The notes under the pieces were generated by a model, which worked only from the letters and a program-made list of their open reading frames with translations, had not been told where the DNA came from and ran no database searches. Of a DNA stretch of 64,000 nt, positions 7,385-18,112 are shown piece by piece. A program made the translations under genes and the position numbers. The stretch's first letter is position 1. The number at the start of each line of letters is the position of its first letter. The DNA comes from an uncultured Geothermobacter sp. (GTDB lineage Bacteria; Desulfobacterota; Desulfuromonadia; Desulfuromonadales; Geothermobacteraceae), in the NCBI GenBank assembly GCA_964501815.1, contig CAZCUR010000003.1, positions 11,380 to 75,379 on the forward strand. The letters are read 5' to 3'.

Positions 7385-8836
7385 CTAGAAAGGCGATTTC
7401 ACCAGGCTCCAGGTCGGGCTGTTGATCGCCATGTCAATATCCCGGGCGAAGACCGGAAAGCCCTTGTAACCGTGGTAAGGGCCGCTGTAATCCCAGCTGT
7501 GCATCTGGCGAAATGGCAGTCCCATCTTCTGAAAGACGTACTTCTCCTTGATGCCGCTGCCGACCAGGTCGGGCTTGAGTTCGTGAACAAACTTTTCCAG
7601 CTCGAACTCAGAGACATCGTCGTAGACAACCGTTGCATCCGGCATTTCCGGGGCGGTGCGATCGTAGTCGTCCGAATGGGCGAATTCGTAACCGGAGCCG
7701 ATACATTCCATGCCGAGATCCTCGTAAGCGCCAATGGTATGGCGTGGACGCAGGCCGCCGACATAAAGCATCACCTTCTTCCCTTCGAGACGAGGGCGAT
7801 ATGCATCGATCACGGCCTGCATCTGGGGATCGTACTTGGCAATCACCGCTTCAACCTTCTCCTTGATGGTATCGTCAAACAACTCGGCCAGCTTGCGCAG
7901 ACTCTGTTTGATCTTGGTCGGGCCGAAGAAATTGAGCTCGATCCAGGGGATGCCGTATTTCTCCTCCATCACCTTGCACATGTAGTTCATCGAGCGGTAG
8001 CAGTGGATGACATTGAGCCTGACCTGATGGGTCGCGGCGATCTTCTCCAGCTCGCCATCGCCGGTCCAGATCGACTTGACATTGAAACCACACTCTTCGA
8101 GCAGCGGCTTGGTCGACCAGGCGTCGCCACCGATGTTGTATTCGCCGATCAGGGCGATATCGTAAGGGCCCGGTTCTTCAACAAACTCGCGTGTCTCGAT
8201 GATGTAGTCGCGGATGGTGTCGTTGGAGATGTGATGCCCCAGCGACTGGGAGACCCCACGAAAGCCCTCACAGTTACAGGGAATGATCGGCAGATCAAGC
8301 TCATGGCTGGCCTGTTTGGTAACCGCGTTGATGTCATCTCCGATTAAACCAACCGGGCATTCCGAGAGGACTGAAATCCCCTTGGCGAGAGGAAAAAGCT
8401 CCCGCGCTTCCTTGAGCAAAGTTTTCAGCTTTTTGTCGCCACCATAGACGATGTCACGCTCCTGAAAATCGGAGGTGAACTGCATGCCGAACTGGTCGAC
8501 GCCGAGCTGGCCGGTCATCAGGTTGCGCCGGGTACCCCAGCTGTACCAACCGCAGCCGACCGGCCCATGGCTGACGTGAACCATGTCGCGGATCGGCCCC
8601 CAGACCACCCCCTTGGCGCCGGCGTAGGCGCAACCACGCGCACTCATCACACCGGGCACAGTCTTCTTGTTCGACTGCACGCAGGCCTTGCCAGACAGTT
8701 GGTCATTCGGGGCCAGGTGCTTGACGCGCTTCTTCTTTCCCTTTTCAGGATAGGCCTCAAGGACCTCATCGATCATCGCCTGGGTGGCTTCCCTGGAGAT
8801 TCCTTCGACGACTTTTTTCTTTATCATTTCAGACAT
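7385..8836 (-). CDS. nifD: Nitrogenase MoFe protein alpha chain
   Basis: [26 protein letters not shown], FeMo-co ligands IHCYRS and QMHSWDY, and KGVVWGP. RBS aaggag before ATG 8836. Confidence 0.97.
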   Translation of the reverse strand: MSEMIKKKVVEGISREATQAMIDEVLEAYPEKGKKKRVKHLAPNDQLSGKACVQSNKKTVPGVMSARGCAYAGAKGVVWGPIRDMVHVSHGPVGCGWYSWGTRRNLMTGQLGVDQFGMQFTSDFQERDIVYGGDKKLKTLLKEARELFPLAKGISVLSECPVGLIGDDINAVTKQASHELDLPIIPCNCEGFRGVSQSLGHHISNDTIRDYIIETREFVEEPGPYDIALIGEYNIGGDAWSTKPLLEECGFNVKSIWTGDGELEKIAATHQVRLNVIHCYRSMNYMCKVMEEKYGIPWIELNFFGPTKIKQSLRKLAELFDDTIKEKVEAVIAKYDPQMQAVIDAYRPRLEGKKVMLYVGGLRPRHTIGAYEDLGMECIGSGYEFAHSDDYDRTAPEMPDATVVYDDVSEFELEKFVHELKPDLVGSGIKEKYVFQKMGLPFRQMHSWDYSGPYHGYKGFPVFARDIDMAINSPTWSLVKSPF

Positions 8837-8908
8837 GTAAATGCTCCTTTGGACAATCGGCTGTGGCCTTGGCAAAGAGGAAAATTCTCCTTTTTCAAGG
8901 CGGGTAAG

Positions 8909-9006
8909 TTCTTCCCGAATCAAAGCGCGCTGGCAGGGCGCGGACGAGGCGTAGCAGCGCTACGTCGAGTGTACGATCTGCCTGCGCAACGCAGAGTCGG
9001 GAAGAA
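8909..9006. repeat. About 98 bp nested palindromic element (family A) between nifH and nifD
   Basis: Arms ttcttcccga...tcgggaagaa, apical gcgtagc-agc-gctacgt. Homologous to 5659-5753. Confidence 0.75.
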
Positions 9007-9019
9007 ATCGTCCGCCGCT

Positions 9020-10189
<1,170 letters not shown>

Positions 10190-10198
10190 CTATTCCAA

Positions 10199-10215
10199 TG
10201 CAGGTGGCGTGCCAA
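10199..10215 (-). promoter_or_regulatory. Sigma-54 -24/-12 promoter of nifHDK
   Basis: TTGGCACGCCACCTGCA: GG-N10-GC with a TGGCACG match. Confidence 0.85.
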
Positions 10216-10432
10216 GGGATGAAAAATTCGTCGAGCCCTCTGTCGACCCAGTTTCCCGCCACGCCAGACGAAAGAGGCCGGCAAGAAGAGTCCAACATCT
10301 GCAACAAAAAGAGGCAGGCCGTGCCAAAGATTCGGGCATTGAAAACATCCTTGTCGAAGACAGCGGCAACGTCATCCTCGGCGCCAAAAGGCATGCACTA
10401 CAGGGGCTCGTAACGCACCAGCCTTAAATGGT

Positions 10433-10876
10433 TCAGAGTGCCAACCGCATCGGCACCATCGGCGACAGTTCGAACCCGTGCCTGCGATAGAACCGCTGAG
10501 CCGCCAGGTTGTCGGCGTCGGTGAGCAGGGTGATGCGACCGCAGCCCTGTTCCGCGGCATGGCGGAGGGCAGCTTTCAGCAGCCGCGACCCGGTGCCGGC
10601 GGCGCGATGTTCGGGCAACACCACCATATCCTCGAGGATTGCCACCTTACGGCCCAGCGCGGTCGACACCGTAAAGAGAAGGTTGACCATGCCGATCACC
10701 GCCCCCTTGCGCCGGGCGACCAGGATGGTGCCTACGTCCGGATTGGCGATGATGATCTCCAGCCCCCGGCGCTGGGCTTCCCGGTCGGGCCTAAACTCCA
10801 CCTCCTGGGCGAAGAGATAGTCGAGCAAAGTGCAGAGAGCAGGAACGTCCTCGCCGCGTGCTGTTTCAACAATCAT
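10433..10876 (-). CDS. GNAT family N-acetyltransferase
   Basis: EDMVVLPEHRAAGTGSRLL (acetyl-CoA motif) and NLAAQRFYRRHGF. RBS aaggagg before ATG 10876. Confidence 0.85.
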   Translation of the reverse strand: MIVETARGEDVPALCTLLDYLFAQEVEFRPDREAQRRGLEIIIANPDVGTILVARRKGAVIGMVNLLFTVSTALGRKVAILEDMVVLPEHRAAGTGSRLLKAALRHAAEQGCGRITLLTDADNLAAQRFYRRHGFELSPMVPMRLAL

Positions 10877-11013
10877 GGCACACCTCCTTGGCAATCAATC
10901 TGGCGACTTGCCTTAACATTTCTTTGTCAGTTATGCCGCCAGAACGCCAAGTTTTTCGCTCGCGTAGAGACAACGGGATACAGAGTATGACAAGCCAGGT
11001 TATCCGTTGATGG

Positions 11014-11112
11014 CGCAGATAGACACAGATTTCGTCAAAAACGAATCCAAAAACCCGGCGGACTTGGCAATCGCTCTCCAGGTTTTCATCTGTGAAAAGC
11101 CGGAATCTGTGG
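11014..11112. repeat. CAGAT/ATCTG-armed inverted-repeat element (family D)
   Basis: Left arm cgcagatagacacagat and right arm atctgtgaaaagccggaatctgtgg. Intergenic. Confidence 0.5.
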
Positions 11113-11166
11113 AGAAGGCCTTTTCCCTTGTCTATGGTGTTAAACAGGTTTTCTTGGCGCCCCGAC

Positions 11167-11451
11167 TCAGACGTAATCCCGCAGCCCGTCGACCAGGGCG
11201 TCGAAGATCATTTCACGGCTGTCGATCAAAGCTGGCAGCCGGTCGAGCAATTCTTCGGCACGTTGCAGGATCGCCTGGTCGGTGCTGCCTAGCTCGCCAT
11301 GGACGGATTCGAACATCGAGATCACCTCGTAGAGATCATCGCGGCCGAAATATTCCCCGTCCGGCTTACCGCTGAACTTCGGCAGGTGACGGGTCACCTT
11401 CTTGCGCCGGTACTTGTAATAGAGATCCGAAGGTTTGATTTTGACTTTCAT
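11167..11451 (-). CDS. Hypothetical protein (94 aa)
   Basis: ATG with ggag RBS, codirectional with neighbours, natural composition. No family recognised. Confidence 0.65.
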   Translation of the reverse strand: MKVKIKPSDLYYKYRRKKVTRHLPKFSGKPDGEYFGRDDLYEVISMFESVHGELGSTDQAILQRAEELLDRLPALIDSREMIFDALVDGLRDYV

Positions 11452-11535
11452 GGCGGCAACTCCCCTGGTTTGTCTCGACCTGGTTATCTCTCTGGCTCAC
11501 TGCAGGTGGCGTGGACAACCAGGCTGCCCAAATTT

Positions 11536-11775
11536 TCAGCCGCAACTGCCGCAACCGCCGGCATGACCGCAACCGGAGCGGCACAGGTCAACCTTGCGGT
11601 TGGCGTCGTTGCGGGCCCAAAAGACCATCAGGCTTTCGGCCGACACCGTCCAACCGTCCTCTTCTTCTCGTCCTTCAAGCAACCCTCGCTTGACATGCAT
11701 CAGAACGTTAAGTTCCGTGGTTTTAAGGGCTTGTGCCGCCTCACCAAGTGACATCCATTCGTTAAACGCGCTCAT
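11536..11775 (-). CDS. Small HTH (excisionase/MerR-like) protein with Cys-rich tail
   Basis: WMSLGEAAQALKTTELNVLMHVKRGLL...GWTVSAESL is an HTH_17-like pattern. C-terminus CRSGCGHAGGCGSCG. RBS aaggag before ATG 11775. Confidence 0.7.
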   Translation of the reverse strand: MSAFNEWMSLGEAAQALKTTELNVLMHVKRGLLEGREEEDGWTVSAESLMVFWARNDANRKVDLCRSGCGHAGGCGSCG

Positions 11776-11870
11776 GACGATCTCCTTTTGCATATGAAAG
11801 ACCCGCACCGACAGGGATACGGGCATCCTTGCCTGTTCAGAAGAGGCACATCGTCAGACCTCGCTCATGG

Positions 11871-12782
11871 TCATTCCATTTCAGAATAGGTGCCAAGCCG
11901 CTGCCACCCTGGCGAGATACGCACCAGGCGCAGCGCCGCGTCCTCCACCTCGTTCCTGACCCGACGATCGAGCTTCTTCAGCCAGCGAGCAGGCAGTGCG
12001 TCAAAACCGTAGAAAGCACCAGCGAGCATCCCGGCAATGGCACCAGTGGTGTCGGCATCCCCCCCCTGGTTGACCACCCCCACCAGGCACTCCTCGAAAC
12101 TACTGGTGGTAAAAAAGTAGTGAAAGACGGTCTGCACGGTCTCAACCACGTAACCGGAGGCGTAGCCGCAGTAATTGTTGAAATGGAAGTCGGGATATTC
12201 TTCGATCAACGCCCGTGCCAGCCGGTGCAGTTGGAAACGGTCGGCGCCGGCGAGCGCGGCCTGGACCATCCCTCCGACCGCGCAGCAGGCGGCGTCAGAG
12301 AGGGGATGGTTGTGCGTCAGACGCGCCTGCTCAACGGCGCATTTATGCAGCAGTGCCCGATCCCCGAAACTGAACAGCGCCACCGGGGCCATGCGCATCA
12401 GGCCACCGTTGCCGGCATCCCACTCGTTGTACGGGGCCTGCAGTTCACCGGTGCGGCGGTAGCGGACAATCCCCTTGCGTACTGTGGCGCCGATGTCGAT
12501 CGGCCGGGAACGCATCCAGGTGAGGAGCTGCCGGGCGATCCCGTCGAGGTCCCAGTCGCCGGCTGCAAGCAGCGCGCGGGCGATGGCGAGCGACATCTCG
12601 GTATCGTCGGTCACCTGCCCCGGCTTCACCCCGAGCCAGCCACCGCCACGGATTTTGTCATGGACCTTGTACCTGGCGCGGATTTCGCCCGGGGTCATGA
12701 ACTCGGTCGTCGCACCGAGGGCATCACCGAGGGCGACGCCGAGGAAACAGGCGCGGGCACGCTGCAGTAAAGCCTCAGCCAC
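11871..12782 (-). CDS. draG: ADP-ribosyl-[dinitrogenase reductase] glycohydrolase
   Basis: GVALGDALGATTEFM, GQVTDDTEM, GNGGLMR, THNHPLSDAA and NQGGDADTTGAI. Overlaps draT. Confidence 0.93.
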   Translation of the reverse strand: MAEALLQRARACFLGVALGDALGATTEFMTPGEIRARYKVHDKIRGGGWLGVKPGQVTDDTEMSLAIARALLAAGDWDLDGIARQLLTWMRSRPIDIGATVRKGIVRYRRTGELQAPYNEWDAGNGGLMRMAPVALFSFGDRALLHKCAVEQARLTHNHPLSDAACCAVGGMVQAALAGADRFQLHRLARALIEEYPDFHFNNYCGYASGYVVETVQTVFHYFFTTSSFEECLVGVVNQGGDADTTGAIAGMLAGAFYGFDALPARWLKKLDRRVRNEVEDAALRLVRISPGWQRLGTYSEME

Positions 12783-13569
12783 CGGTCAGCACCTCGACAT
12801 CATACTCGCCGCCGATAACCAGCCATTCCCCTTCTCCCTTGAACAAAGAACGCGGCAGCAGGCCACCGCGGAAGACCACCTTGACCAGGGGTACCTCGGC
12901 CTTCAGCACCCGGGAACCGAATTCCCAGGCGCGCTCGAAATCGTTGGTGAAGGAATTGAGGTTGTTGAGGCGCAGCAGGAAGCGCTTTTTGCCGCGTTCT
13001 TCCAACACCAGATGCTCGTCGAGATTGTTGATGCCCCGGTAGAGGCAGATGTGGGACCTTCCCGGATGATGGCGCGGCAACTCCCCCTGGACGAAGGTGT
13101 AGAGCAGATCGAGCTGGGAGAAGATGGCGCTGGTGCGCTCGGCCCCTTTCATGCGGTCAAAGGCGAAACGCTGGTAGACCTCGTCCTCGAAGACGCGGAT
13201 CGGCCGGTGGTGAAAGGTCGGCACCAGGCCAAAGCGTGACTCGACCCACCCTTTGAGCACGGCCCCTTCAATGGAGTTGCTGTCAAACAACCAACCGCGC
13301 AAAAAACGCAGATAGGAGTTTTTGAGGCTTTTGCGGCTGTTCTTCGATTCCTCGCGCTGCCACTGGTGGAGCTGGAACTTGACGTCCATGTAGTCGTGGA
13401 ACAGGCCACCCCGTTCGGCGACTGTCTCAAGCCCTTCGAGGCGTTCGAACAACAATCTGTTAGCCGCACGTACACCCTGGATCTCCAAAGCCTGTGGATT
13501 GGCATTGAAATGCCGCGAGGCAATCACCCAGGGGGGCACGTTGCAGCGGTTGATGGGATGGTCTTTCAT
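12775..13569 (-). CDS. draT: NAD(+)-dinitrogenase reductase ADP-ribosyltransferase
   Basis: NRCNVPPWVI, YLRFLRGWLFDSNSIEGAVLKGWVESRFGLVPTFH, RLNNLNSFT and GEGEWLVIGG. Confidence 0.93.
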   Translation of the reverse strand: MKDHPINRCNVPPWVIASRHFNANPQALEIQGVRAANRLLFERLEGLETVAERGGLFHDYMDVKFQLHQWQREESKNSRKSLKNSYLRFLRGWLFDSNSIEGAVLKGWVESRFGLVPTFHHRPIRVFEDEVYQRFAFDRMKGAERTSAIFSQLDLLYTFVQGELPRHHPGRSHICLYRGINNLDEHLVLEERGKKRFLLRLNNLNSFTNDFERAWEFGSRVLKAEVPLVKVVFRGGLLPRSLFKGEGEWLVIGGEYDVEVLTGG

Positions 13570-13606
13570 GTCCGGACAAACCTCGAAGAGGTATCGCCCT
13601 TGGTAT

Positions 13607-13641
13607 GAAAAATGACGCCACCCCCGTAAGGAAGGTGGCGC
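13607..13641 (-). terminator. Intrinsic terminator after the glnK-amtB-porin operon
   Basis: gcgccacc-11 nt-ggtggcgt followed by catttttc on the minus strand. Confidence 0.6.
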
Positions 13642-13682
13642 CAGAGTCGACAGGAGGCAAAGTCTATCGACATTCAGGGCTT

Positions 13683-14411
13683 TTAAAAGGCCAGAGAGAC
13701 ATTGACCCCGGCCACACTTTCGCTGTCGATGGCCAGCTTGGCATCGTCGCTCAGGCCGCTGGAAAAGAGATAGGAGGCCGACACAGTCATATCGTCAGTA
13801 ACGGCATAATCAACCCCCAGGCCGAGCTCGTAGTTGTGCCAGTCGCTGTAATTGCCGACCGCGTAGTCGCTCTCGTCGTTGTAATTCACCGTCAAAGAAG
13901 GGGTCACACTCAGCTTATCCATCACTTCGAAGCTGTGCTCGACGCCCAGAGAGATGAACAGGCCGTCTTCCTTGGCCTTGTCCCAGTCGTAGTAGAGGGT
14001 CAGCGACGGCGAGGCGATGGTGTTAAGGGAGACTCCGGCGTAGAGTTCGTTGGTATCTTCGGCCCCGTCGAGGGCGTAGAAGATGTTGCCGACGCTGATG
14101 GATACCAGGTCGTTGATGTCGCGGGAGTAGTCGAGGGTCAGGTCAGTCTCGTTGATTTCACCTGCGTTCAGCCCGGCATCATTTTTCAGCTGCATATTGC
14201 TCCAGTAGCTGACGGTGAAAGCGCCGATGCTCACGTCGACGCCGCCCTGGGCGACCGGCAGGCTGCCGCTGAGGTCGAAACCGCGCCACAGGTACTTGTC
14301 GTAGACACCCAGGTAGACATCCCCTGCCGCCTCAAAGGCCATGGCGGTCATCGGAAAGAGGCAGGAAAGGGTCAAAACGAGGGCCGCCAGGGTCATGGAA
14401 ATCTTTTTCAT
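13683..14411 (-). CDS. Outer-membrane beta-barrel, TorF/gcw_chp-like putative porin
   Basis: Signal peptide MKKISMTLAALV...AMA, KYLWRG...PVAQGGVD motif, alternating beta-strand pattern and C-terminal Phe. Confidence 0.75.
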   Translation of the reverse strand: MKKISMTLAALVLTLSCLFPMTAMAFEAAGDVYLGVYDKYLWRGFDLSGSLPVAQGGVDVSIGAFTVSYWSNMQLKNDAGLNAGEINETDLTLDYSRDINDLVSISVGNIFYALDGAEDTNELYAGVSLNTIASPSLTLYYDWDKAKEDGLFISLGVEHSFEVMDKLSVTPSLTVNYNDESDYAVGNYSDWHNYELGLGVDYAVTDDMTVSASYLFSSGLSDDAKLAIDSESVAGVNVSLAF

Positions 14412-14498
14412 GGTCAAATACTCCTTTTATGCAGTCAAATGATTGAATAGTGCGGGCGGGGCTGTCCCCCGCCCACAGTAAGACAGGCAGAAAGTCGT

Positions 14499-15884
14499 TC
14501 AGCTATGCTTGACCGGACGTGTGGCGGTTCCGGCCACGGCCACCGAGGCGGCGGCGTTGGCCGGCAGGCCCGATCCGCCGACATGGCGGGTCTGGAAGTC
14601 GGGGTAGGCTTCCATGCCGATCTCGCTGACATCGCAACCGATCAGTTCTTCTTCCTCATCCACCCGAATACCGACGGTGACCTTGAGGGCAAACCAGGCG
14701 ATAGCGGTCGTCACCACCACAAAAGCTCCGGTCGCGGCGACACCGATCAGCTGGGTCAGAAAGCTCGCCTCGTCATTGGTGAAGGGGACTGCGAGCGTGC
14801 CCCAGATGCCGCAGACGAGGTGAACCGACAGGGCGCCGACCACGTCGTCGATTTTCAGCTTGTCGAAGAAGGGAACCGCGAGGACCACCAGGATGCCGCC
14901 GACCGCGCCGATCAAAATGGCGGCCCCGAGGCTCGGGGTGTCGGGACCGGCGGTAATCGACACCAGGCCGGCCAGGGCGCCGTTCAGCGCCATGGTGACG
15001 TCAACCTTCTTGTAGAGGATCTGGACCAGGGCCATGGCCGCGACCATGCCGCCGCAGGCGGCCATGTTGGTGTTGACCATGACGTTCGACATGCTGATGG
15101 CGCTGGCGGCATCTCCCAGGGCGAGAACCGAGCCGCCGTTGAAGCCGTACCAGCCCATCCAGAGAATGAAGGTACCGAGGGTGGCCAGCGGGATGTTGGA
15201 GCCCGGCAGGGGGTTGACGCGGCCGTCCTTGCCGTACTTGCCCTTGCGGGCGCCGAGAATGATGGCGCCGGTCAGGGCGGCCCAGCCTCCGACCGAGTGC
15301 ACGATGGTCGAACCGGCGAAATCGACGAAGCCCATCTCCGAGAGCCAGCCGCCGCCCCAGCCCCAGGAGCCCTGGATCGGGTAGATGAAGCCGGTCAGAA
15401 TGACGCAGAAAGCGAGGAAGGACCAGAGCTTGATCCGTTCGGCCACGCAGCCGGAAACCACTGAGCAGGCTGCGCCGCAGAAGACCATCTGGAAGAACCA
15501 GTCGGAGGCGGCGGCATAACCAGCCGAGTAGTCGCCGCCGACCGCGGCGGCATCGTCAGCAGCCCAGAGACCGAACGAGCCGATAAAGCCGCCGTCGACC
15601 CCATCGTACATCAGGTTGTAGCCGACCAGGTAGAAGAGGATGCCGGCGATACCGAACAGGGCGATGTTCTTCAGGCAGATGGTCGCGACGTTTTTGGAGC
15701 GCACCAGGCCCGACTCGAGCATGCCGAATCCCGCGGCCATCCACATGACCAGAATACCCATGACGAGGAAGGAAAAGGTATTGAGGATATAGGACATTTC
15801 GGAAACGGGCTCCTCCCCGGCCAGGGCCAGAGAGGGGATGAGAAGCGCGCCGATACCCAACAGACTGAACCAGAACTTTTTCAT
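14499..15884 (-). CDS. amtB: Ammonium transporter
   Basis: DWFFQMVF, DFAGSTIVHSVGGW, WMGWYGFNGGS and DDVVGALSVHLVCG (twin His). Start MKKFW at 15884. Confidence 0.95.
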   Translation of the reverse strand: MKKFWFSLLGIGALLIPSLALAGEEPVSEMSYILNTFSFLVMGILVMWMAAGFGMLESGLVRSKNVATICLKNIALFGIAGILFYLVGYNLMYDGVDGGFIGSFGLWAADDAAAVGGDYSAGYAAASDWFFQMVFCGAACSVVSGCVAERIKLWSFLAFCVILTGFIYPIQGSWGWGGGWLSEMGFVDFAGSTIVHSVGGWAALTGAIILGARKGKYGKDGRVNPLPGSNIPLATLGTFILWMGWYGFNGGSVLALGDAASAISMSNVMVNTNMAACGGMVAAMALVQILYKKVDVTMALNGALAGLVSITAGPDTPSLGAAILIGAVGGILVVLAVPFFDKLKIDDVVGALSVHLVCGIWGTLAVPFTNDEASFLTQLIGVAATGAFVVVTTAIAWFALKVTVGIRVDEEEELIGCDVSEIGMEAYPDFQTRHVGGSGLPANAAASVAVAGTATRPVKHS

Positions 15885-15906
15885 CGTTTTTCTCCTGATG
15901 GTTGTA

Positions 15907-16425
<519 letters not shown>

Positions 16426-16427
16426 TT

Positions 16428-16444
16428 AGCAGGAGCCGTGCCAG
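16428..16444 (-). promoter_or_regulatory. Sigma-54 promoter of glnK-amtB
   Basis: CTGGCACGGCTCCTGCT: GG-N10-GC with TGGCACG. Confidence 0.85.
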
Positions 16445-16540
16445 GTGCTGAAACAGCCTGTCTTCAAGCTTTCACCGCTTTCGGCGCCCTCGGCGTTGCC
16501 TAAAAATTGAACACTGCCGGCTCCTGTGATGCTTTTTCGA

Positions 16541-18112
16541 TCACATGGCACGCGGCAGGGCCAGCCGGAACCGCGCCCCCGCCCCCGGAGCACTCTTCAG
16601 CTCAAGGGAGCCACCATGCCCCTGAAGAATCTTGCGACAGAGGTAAAGCCCGAGCCCGGTCCCCTCTCCCTCCTTCTTGGTGCTGAAGAAGGGCTCGAAG
16701 ATGCGCTCCTGAAGCGGCTCCGGTATGCCGGGACCGTCGTCGGCGACCTCGATGACGACCCAGTCTTTTTCGGCCCGCAGCACCAGTTCGATACAACCGC
16801 CCTGCCCCAGAGCCTGCATGGCGTTCTGCAGCAGGTTGATCAACACCTGGCGCAACTTGTTGCCGTCAGCCATGACCGCCGGCACCGGCTGGAGACGCTG
16901 CTTCAGCGTGATGGCGCGCTTGCGCAGCTCGTAGTGCAGCAGACGCAGCACATCCTCGACCAGATCGGCCGGCTCCACCGGTTTGAGCTGCGGCGCCTCT
17001 GGACGGGAAAAGTCGAGCAGGCCCCCGGTCAGGGCGCGCAGCCGCTCAACCTCGCTGCCGATGCGCGCCACCAGGTCGCGCCCCTCCTCCCCCGGCAGTT
17101 CCCGCTCCAGCAGCTGCGCGGCATAGCCGATCACCGTCAGGGGGTTGTTGACCTCGTGGGCGATGCCGGCGGCCAACCGACCGATATCGGCCAGCTTTTC
17201 CGTCTGCAGTCGCTGGTCGAGCAGGCGGCGGAACTCGGTGAGGTCCTCGACCACCACCAGCACGCCGACCGTCCGGCCTTCCTCCCGCAACGGCAGCACC
17301 TGGCGCTTCTGGAAACGCAGCTGGCCGCGCAGGTTGCGATGCGGCAGTTCCAGCACCCCCGGACTGCCGCCGCCGGCCACCTGGCGCAGCAGGGCCTCGA
17401 AGTCGCGCCCATGCAGATGCGGGAAGAGCTCGAACAGCTCCCGGCCGATCACCTCATAGGCCGGTCTGCCGCTCAGGCGCTCCATGGCGGGGTTCCAGCT
17501 GGTGACCACCAGGTTGGTATCCAGGGTGTAGATGCCGAGGTTGACGTGACGGAGAATCTGGCGGTTGAGCTGGTCAAGACGACGCTTGTCGGCGCTGGTC
17601 TTGTCGAGGGAGACGAGCAGGCGCTCGTTTTCCAGGGCGATGGCGGCCAGGCCGGCAAAGGCGGCCAGGCGCCTGACATCATCCTGGTCAAAGGCATCCG
17701 GACGGCGGCTTTCGACGTTGAAGACCCCGATCAGCCGACCATGGGCCGTGAGCGGCACCGCCAACTCGCTGCGCGCCCCCTCGATGCCGCCCAGATAACC
17801 GGGCTCGCCCCTGACATCGGCCACCAGGACCGGCTCGCCATTGGCGGCGACCCGACCCATGATCCCCTCGCCGACACGGATGCGCAGCTGTTCGGCTTCG
17901 GCCGGATAGCCGTAGGAGGCGACGGTGACCAGCTCGCCGCTCTCCTCGTCCAGCAGGCGGATGATGGCATTGTCGAAGCCGAACACCCCCTGGGCCAGTT
18001 CGAGAATGCGACGCAACAACTCCGCCGAGGACGCCTCAAAGGCCAGGCTGCGGCCGATCTCGAGCTGGGCGTCGAGCAAACGCCGGTCCTTGTCCCGTGT
18101 CCTCATCGCCAT
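16541..18112 (-). CDS. GAF-PAS sensor histidine kinase (GnfK-like)
   Basis: GAF (LAVPL...GVFNVES), PAS (SWNPAMERLSG), H-box GIAHEVNNPL, N-box NLLQNA, and DDGPGI and GTGLGL. TGATG overlap with the upstream regulator. Confidence 0.9.
   Translation of the reverse strand: MAMRTRDKDRRLLDAQLEIGRSLAFEASSAELLRRILELAQGVFGFDNAIIRLLDEESGELVTVASYGYPAEAEQLRIRVGEGIMGRVAANGEPVLVADVRGEPGYLGGIEGARSELAVPLTAHGRLIGVFNVESRRPDAFDQDDVRRLAAFAGLAAIALENERLLVSLDKTSADKRRLDQLNRQILRHVNLGIYTLDTNLVVTSWNPAMERLSGRPAYEVIGRELFELFPHLHGRDFEALLRQVAGGGSPGVLELPHRNLRGQLRFQKRQVLPLREEGRTVGVLVVVEDLTEFRRLLDQRLQTEKLADIGRLAAGIAHEVNNPLTVIGYAAQLLERELPGEEGRDLVARIGSEVERLRALTGGLLDFSRPEAPQLKPVEPADLVEDVLRLLHYELRKRAITLKQRLQPVPAVMADGNKLRQVLINLLQNAMQALGQGGCIELVLRAEKDWVVIEVADDGPGIPEPLQERIFEPFFSTKKEGEGTGLGLYLCRKILQGHGGSLELKSAPGAGARFRLALPRAM

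Noticed and set aside
10314-10327. TTGGCACGGCCTGC, sigma-54-like, upstream of nifH
   Set aside because: GG-to-GC spacing is 8, not 10, and a correctly spaced promoter exists at 10199-10215.
11091-11116. Two 1-mismatch DnaA-box-like 9-mers
   Set aside because: They fall inside the ATCTGTG arms of the family D element, which explains them.
11501-11513. 13-mer identical to the nifH promoter core (cacgccacctgca on the minus strand)
   Set aside because: It lacks the invariant -24 GG (reads TGTC), so it is unlikely to be a functional sigma-54 promoter. It may be chance or decay.
13570-13694. Possible ANTAR attenuator or sigma-54 promoter in front of draT
   Set aside because: No A1/G4 hexaloop overlaps the terminator. 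The GG-N10-GC at 13677-13694 lacks other consensus bases and overlaps the porin stop.
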